A stretch of 64,000 nucleotides of DNA from Octopus sinensis (Eukaryota), in assembly GCF_006345805.1 (NCBI RefSeq), contig NC_043014.1, positions 42,842,001 through 42,906,000 on the forward strand. The letters run 5' to 3'. Under the pieces are notes generated by a model. It was not told the origin of the DNA and made no database searches. It saw nothing but the letters and a program-made list of their open reading frames with translations. A program made the translations under genes and the position numbers. Shown in pieces: positions 63,511 to 64,000 of the stretch. Within the stretch, counting starts at the first letter, position 1. Every line of letters starts with the position of its first letter.

Positions 63511-64000
63511 CTTAGTATATGAGGATGGATCAAAAGATCTTAGGATTATACGACATCCTCGCATGGCAGGGGCAGATACATAAAGATTACATATGAATAT
63601 ATTTTCTGCCTTAAGCTACAGTGACTCAGATATAGTCATTGTAGCTTATCTTTATTTTCAGTTGTAGAAGCAATTCTGATGTGAGAGAAGTCGGTGTTAT
63701 TATTGAGACTAGAGGCTATCTCAGATTGATTTACAAGCTGGATTAGTCGAGTACGAGAGATGTAGAGAGGAATATAATTGGAAGAAGAACAGATTCTAAA
63801 CTGGAAAGAAGAAAGAAGATATTTGCAGCAATTATAACCCATGAAGTTCTATCTAATATTCCAGAAAACCATTCTGTAGGTGTTTCTGAGAATAATACAT
63901 ATCAAAATAAGGCTTGATAGTTAGTTTCACGATCAAAGGAATTATTCTTTAGATGCCCATTTTCTGACTATTTGAAAGTGTTTAATTATTTACTTTTATT

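Overview
AT-rich eukaryotic, repeat-dominated DNA with no host protein-coding gene I can support. The SINE and LINE repertoire looks like an octopus (Octopus sp.) genome; this is inferred from recalled repeat families, not a database hit. Most ORFs in the supplied track are translations of microsatellites. Recognisable content: four tRNA-derived SINE families (the commonest carries an internal TA/TG microsatellite), RTE LINE 3' ends, several R4/Dong-type (RLE) retrotransposon fragments in (AAT)n tracts, a CR1 3' end, Penelope-like element (PLE) remnants and pseudo-LTRs (pLTRs), a truncated mariner, an internally deleted piggyBac with intact TIRs and TTAA, Helitron/Helentron-type non-autonomous elements, a 13-bp and a 111-bp tandem repeat, and a 100-N scaffold gap (31319-31418). 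Most notable: (1) an ~8-kb inverted duplication (2.7-kb arms, 40478-48477) built around a PLE pLTR that encodes a complete minimal type I hammerhead ribozyme with a palindromic stem III. It is present three times, and two same-strand copies 1268 nt apart bracket ~1 kb of duplicated flanking DNA. (2) A 13-unit higher-order array made of an R4/Dong 3' UTR (20-23.2 kb). (3) A second pLTR family with a variant hammerhead core (CUGUUGA). Many single-base indels between near-identical copies suggest an imperfectly polished long-read assembly, so the large repeats need read-level confirmation.
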